Of a stretch of 64,000 bases of DNA, positions 58,910 to 64,000 are shown piece by piece (the first letter of the stretch is position 1; every line of letters starts with the position of its first letter). The position numbers and the translations under genes are program-made. The DNA is taken from positions 6,053,909 through 6,117,908 of the forward strand of contig CM074804.1 of the NCBI GenBank assembly GCA_037447605.1, written 5' to 3'. Below the pieces are notes generated by a model that worked only from the letters and a program-made list of their open reading frames with translations, did no database searches and was not told the origin of the DNA. This DNA comes from Zygnema circumcarinatum SAG 698-1b (taxonomy: Eukaryota; Plantae; Zygnematophyceae).

Positions 58910-60065
58910 ATGGTCGCCGCTCTTGAACGTCAGGAGAAGGCGGGGGAGTGTGTCGCCACAAACGATATCTCGCCGTTAGAGTCACAGAGCTACAAGCTGG
59001 AGAAAGGGAACTCAAAAATAGTGCGGGATATTTACAACGCCCTCAGAGCTGGCGACATCGGCAGTGTGCGCAAGCGTCTAGCAGGCGATGTGGACTGGTG
59101 GTTCCATGGCCCGCGACGAATGCCCTTACGAGATGTGAAGCATTTCCAGATGATGCCGCGGCTGGTGGGCGCATCAGGGGGACAGCTTACTGCATTTGAA
59201 CCGTTAGACCTCACTGCACGTTGCGACAAGGTATTCTCCTTGAAGATATGTAGACTTTCAGACTGAGATTGAATATTCTGGCCTTCAGAGCTCCAGCAGG
59301 TTCACTGCAGACAAGTTATCTTTACTATTATCATTGTTTGTAGAAGCGGGCGTAGTATTTGTGTCAGGAACAAGATGTGGATGCTTGAACTTGTTTCTGT
59401 CAGACGGTCGGGGGACGGTTCCTCTGCTTGCGTGCCTGCATTTTCTTTCGGCACAAGCGACATGATTTTTTAGCGCCTGGAAAGTGGCGTAATTAAGTTT
59501 CTTTAACTTCCTGGAAAGCATGGGTAGGAAATGTCACGTCTGTAGTGTTGGAACGGCCGAGATTGGAATGAAGCAATTAGTCTTGAGCTTGTGGAGTGGT
59601 TGGAGCTTGAACATTATGGCGTCATCATTATGGCTCAAACGGGACTTGCAGGAAACTACGTGTCATTAGTTGTACATGCCATTCCTTGTTCAAGAGTGAG
59701 CTTTCGGATGCTCTGATATGTTGGACAGTGAGTTATCCCCTACTGTTTTAGAGTTCACTTGTAGTTCTCACTTTCATGTATTGAGTGATTGGCAGGTGTT
59801 TGTGGAAGGCCTCGAACGAGCAGTGACGAAGCGAAAAGGCACTGTTTCGTGGGTTCATGTTTGGACTTTGAAGGATGGGGCAGTGACAGGCTTGCGCGAG
59901 TATGTGAACACAGCTGTCTATGCTGCCGTTCGTAAGCCCTTTCACACGAGTCTATCCACAGTCGCACATACAACGACAGCCAGCTGTGCTGACAACCTGG
60001 TGTGGGAGTCAAAACTGTGGCGTGAACGTGACTTTTCAACCCCCGGCCTTATCCTTACTATCTAG
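58910..60065 (+). CDS. Wound-induced protein 1 / SAG20-like (NTF2/SnoaL fold), paralog A; exons 58910-59230 and 59796-60065; 196 aa
   Basis: IYNALRAGD..LAGDVDWWFHGP; VFVEG..SWVHVWTLKDG.VT.LREYVNT; phase-0 GT-AG intron. Confidence 0.88.
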
Positions 60066-61011
60066 TTTCGTATATGCCTCTTGCCAGGAAAAGACAGCTG
60101 CGCACTTTTAGGGTCTGCACGCATCTTTCCCGCAAGAGGGTTGCACGTAGATAGGTGCTAGATAGAGTCGCCTTAGCCTTATTAAGAAGGGACAGGGTTT
60201 TTCGCGAACGCCTGTTGACTGGCTGCAGAAGGGAGCTTCCAGTTCGTGCGTACCCCATAGGACTCACTGGCAGTTTCATCCTAGCAATACTCGTTCTTCT
60301 GCATTTTTCTGTGATGCATGTGAATAGGGCTCAAGACCTTTTGGCCTTGTCGAGGTACACTTGCAAGTGGTGCCTAAAAAACTCTCTCCCGTGTGACGAC
60401 ATGCGATGCTGCTATTGGTGGTCTTCACGCCGTCATCTGGACTGCTCATCCCCCAGAAACTCACACCTTTCGAGACACATTTTTTCGAAGACTGGAAAAG
60501 CAAGAAAGTTTGCAGCTATATGCGCTGAACATAGCTTTTTTTATCTGCTCTTTGCAATTCAGAAAGGTGGGCTTGCGGAAGAAGATAGCACGGATTACTT
60601 AAACTTCGAAATCTACGATGTCTTATTAGTCTATCTTCCGTGTCTTGAAGGTTAATTGTCAGCGCTTCTTGGCTATTTTAACACTGAAAATTGTTTACTT
60701 TGTACTCGTGTCTCAACTTTATACTCATGCTTGCAAACACGCGGATCAAAGAAGAGAGTAGACACAACAAGTACAAAAAGCCACAGATGTTGCAATGGTT
60801 TGCCACATTCAAACATTCTTCACTTCAACCTGACAACCATTCAGAATATAAGAACCATTCTTTCACATGATTATTGGAGAAATCGTGTCTTCATAATCCC
60901 AGAGATTTTTGTGAAGTGGTGATGAACAATGGATGTTCTCCCTCGGACGAAACACAAGTAGTTACCCTGCAAACGCACGAGCGCACGTATTGAGTCTGAC
61001 CATAGCCAACC

Positions 61012-61723
61012 AGGGAGGAAGGGAGGTGGGGAAGGTGGAAGGGAGGATCGGAGGTTCGGAAAGGATCGTAGGGAGGGAGGGAGGGAGGAAGTGAGGAACG
61101 GACGAACGGACAAAGAAGGGAGGGAGGAACGGAGGATGGGAGGATCGGAGGGAGGGGAGGAGGAACGGAGGGAGGGAGGAAGGGACGGAGGGACGGAGGG
61201 ACGGAGGGACGGAGGATCGGAGGAAGGGGGAAAGGGAGGGAGGGAGGGAGGAAGGGAGGAAAGGAGGAAGGGAGGAGAGGAGGAAGGGAGGGACGGGGAC
61301 GGAGTATCGGAGGGAGGGGGGGAGGAAGGGAGGGAGGGAGGAACGGAGGAAAGGAAGGACGGAGGGACGGAGGTTCGGGGGGGGAGTGAGGGAGGTAGGG
61401 AGGAAGGGAGGAACGAAGGGAGGGACGGAGGAACGGAGGGCCGGAGGGAGGGGGGAATGGAGGGAGGGAGGGAGGGAGGGAGGAAGGGAAGAACGGAGGA
61501 AGGGAAGAACGGAAGAAGGGAGGGACGGAGGGACGGAGGATCGAAGGGGGGGAGGTAGGGAGGAAGGGTGGAACGGAAGGAAAGAACGGAGGGACGGAGG
61601 TTCGGAGGGGGTGGGGGATGGGAGGGAGGAAGGGAGGGAGGCACGGAGAGACGGAGGAACGGAGGAACGGTGGGGAGGAAGGGACGGAGGGGAGGGACGG
61701 AGGGACGAAGGGAGGGACGAAGA
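61012..61723. repeat. Purine-rich (GGAG/GGAA/GGAC)n low-complexity tract, about 710 bp
   Basis: Directly visible; almost entirely G/A on the + strand. Confidence 0.95.
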
Positions 61724-62194
61724 CTCGCCCAACGCGATTGGCCTACCGCTGGGCGGCGCGGCGCGGCGCTGACGTCAGCAGATGCGCTTCGCAAGGCGCC
61801 GATTCCTCGCGGGCTTCGCATGACGTTCAATTCATCCATTCGTACAGTTTATCGTAACGGAACAGTTTCCGGCATAGAACGGCCACCGCCAACGGCTGGC
61901 CGGCAAGTGGCCGATAGCGACGGGGCACCGCTCGCGCGGCTCCAAACGGTCACCCGGCTGCCCGCCGGCCTCCCATTGGCTGAATGTCGCGTGGGCGTGC
62001 AAGCGGGCAGCCCGTAAAAATACTAAATCCCTCGCGCCCCTTCGCGGGCGCTTCCCGGCCTCTTTAGTTGTTCAGGCGCGTCTGAAGCCTGGAGGAACGC
62101 GCAACGCGCCCGCCTGCCGGCCTGCCTGCCTGCTGACCTCAAAAGTCTTTATCTTGCAGCCAGCCGTGGCTAAAATTGTAGGCGCGTTTGACGT

Positions 62195-63410
62195 ATGGTC
62201 GCTGCTCTTGAACGTCAGGAGAAGGCGGGGGAGTGTGTCGCCACACACGATTTCTGGCCGTTAGAGTCGCAGAGCTACAAGCTGGAGAAAGACAACTCGA
62301 AAATTGTGAGAGAGCTTTACAACGCTCTCAGAGCTGGCGACGTTGGCAGTGCGCGGAAGCGTCTAGCGGACGATGTGGACTGGTGGTTCCATGGCCCGCG
62401 ACGAATGCCCTTACGAGATGTGAAGCATTTTCAGATGATGCCACGGCTGGTGGGCGGAGCAGGGGGACAGCCTACTGCATTTGAACCGTTAGACCTCACT
62501 GCACGTGGTGACAAGGTATGTTCCTTTACGATAACTAGACTTTCACATCGAAATTGAATATTCTGGCTTGCAGAGCTCCAGCAGGTTCACTGCAGACAAG
62601 TTATCGGGTTACCGTTGTCATTGTTTGGAGAAGCGGACGCAGTATTTGTGTCAGGAACAAGATGTGGATGCTTGAACTTGTTTCTGTCAGATGGTCGGGG
62701 GACGGTTCCTCTGCTAATGTGTCCACATTTTTTTATTGCCACAAAAGCGACATGATTTTTTAGCGCCTGGCAAGTGGCGTAATTGAGTTTCTTTGTTGGC
62801 TTTCTAGACAGCATGTGGAGGCAATGGTACAGTCACGTCTGGTCTCGTATATTTGAGGATTTCAGTAGTGTTGAAACGGCGGAGGTTGCCGAGACATATC
62901 CGAGGTGATGGAATGAAGCAATTAGTCTAGAGCTTGTGGAGTGTTTGGAGCTTGAACATTATGGCGTCATCATTATGGCTCAAACGGGACTTGCAGGAAA
63001 CAACGTGTCATTAGTTGTACATGCCATTCCTTGAAAAAGAGTGAGCTTCCTTATGCTCTGATATCTTGGACAGGGAGTTATCCCCTACTGTTTTAGGGTT
63101 CACTTGTAGTTCTCACTTTTGTGTCTTGAGTGATTGGCAGGTGTTTGTGGAAGGCCTCGAACGAGCAGTGACGAAACGAAAAGGCACTGTTTCGTGGGTT
63201 CATGTTTGGACTTTGAAGGATGGGAAAGTGACAGGCTTGCGCGAGTATGTGAACACAGCTGTCTATGCTGCCGTTCTTAAGCCCTCTCTCACGAGTGTAT
63301 CCACAGTCGCACACACAACGACAGCCAGCTGTACTGGCAACCTGGTGTGGGAGTCAAAACTGTGGCGTGAACGTGACGTTTCAACCCCTGGCCTTATCCT
63401 TACTATCTAG
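62195..63410 (+). CDS. Wound-induced protein 1 / SAG20-like, paralog B; exons 62195-62515 and 63141-63410; 196 aa
   Basis: Same motifs and identical exon lengths (321 + 270 nt) as paralog A. Confidence 0.88.
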
Positions 63411-64000
63411 TTTCGCATATGCCTGGTGCCAGGAAAAGACAGCTGCGCTCTTTTAGGGTCTGCACGCATCTTTCCCGCACGGGGGTTTCACGTAGATAGG
63501 TACTAGACAGAGTCGCCTTAGCCTTATGTAGAAGGGCCAGGGTTTTTCGAGAACGCCTGTTGGCTGCCAGCAGAAGGCAGCTTCCAGTTCGTGCGTACAT
63601 CGTAGGTGTCGTTGGCAGTTTAAGCTTCTGTTTGATATAGATAGACAACAATGATGTACGTGAGTAGGGCCCAGGACCTGTCGGCCTTGTCGAGGTGGAC
63701 TTGCAAATGGTGTCTGCAAGACTGTCTCCCCTGTGACGACATGCGATGCTGCTTTTGGTGGTCTTCATGCGGCCATCTAGAATGCTCATCCCGCGACACT
63801 CGAAGACGCATCTTTCCGTGGACTGGAAAAGCAAGAGAGTTTGCAGCTGTACGCGCTGAAAGTGGTTTTATTTTGTGTTCTTTGCAATTCAGGAGGGCGG
63901 GCTTGCGGAAGTGGATATCATGGGCATCTTGGACTTCGAATTCTACGATGTTTCATTAGTCTGGCTTACATGTGTTGATGGTTTTTTGTTGTCCTCTTAT

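Larger units (their letters stand above)
57685..64000 (+). repeat. Tandem segmental duplication with a period of about 3.23-3.35 kb (about 57685-60660 versus 60915-64000)
   Basis: Aligned blocks at 57685/60915, 58410/61760, 58910/62195, 59796/63141 and 60310/63650. Confidence 0.9.

Noticed and set aside
60871-62017. Pro/Ser-rich and Gly/Arg/Glu-rich ORFs
   Set aside because: Translations of the purine tract.

Overview
Eukaryotic nuclear DNA from a green plant (streptophyte) lineage. It is GC-rich and gene-dense, with short spliceosomal introns. A streptophyte alga is plausible, but that is inference and the species cannot be fixed from this window. Protein genes: partial S/P-rich ORF (+), dyskerin/CBF5 (+), GT34 glycosyltransferase (-), N-myristoylated RLCK kinase (+), plastid ClpR2 (-), alpha-group alkaline/neutral invertase (+), TRB/SMH telomere-repeat-binding factor (+), HECT ligase UPL6 (-), intronless GT37 fucosyltransferase (-), DGAT2 (+), and two tandem WUN1/SAG20-like paralogs (+). 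Three intergenic regions are transposon nests whose termini and target-site duplications (TSDs) can be read directly. (1) 8.56-12.52 kb: a hAT-like shell holding AAT-flanked MITEs, Mutator (MULE) ends and a transposase remnant, a 42-bp array of palindromic sites and a 145-bp TG..CA mini-element. (2) 21.2-25.2 kb: three 1-kb MULE-related foldback palindromes, two of them forming a 2-kb palindrome of palindromes, inside a pogo-like MITE that itself interrupts an older foldback arm. (3) 30.7-35.65 kb: MITEs plus a 3.9-kb MULE with 190-bp TIRs, whose transposase is broken by a frameshift and a 522-bp solo-LTR-like insert. The most notable observations are the self-nesting foldback family, the TG..CA element in two sizes with independent 5-bp TSDs, a (CCCTAA)n array just upstream of the TRB gene, the helically phased 42-bp array, and a candidate poison exon in dyskerin. 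No database searches were run. Gene names come from motif recall, and exon boundaries were read by eye.
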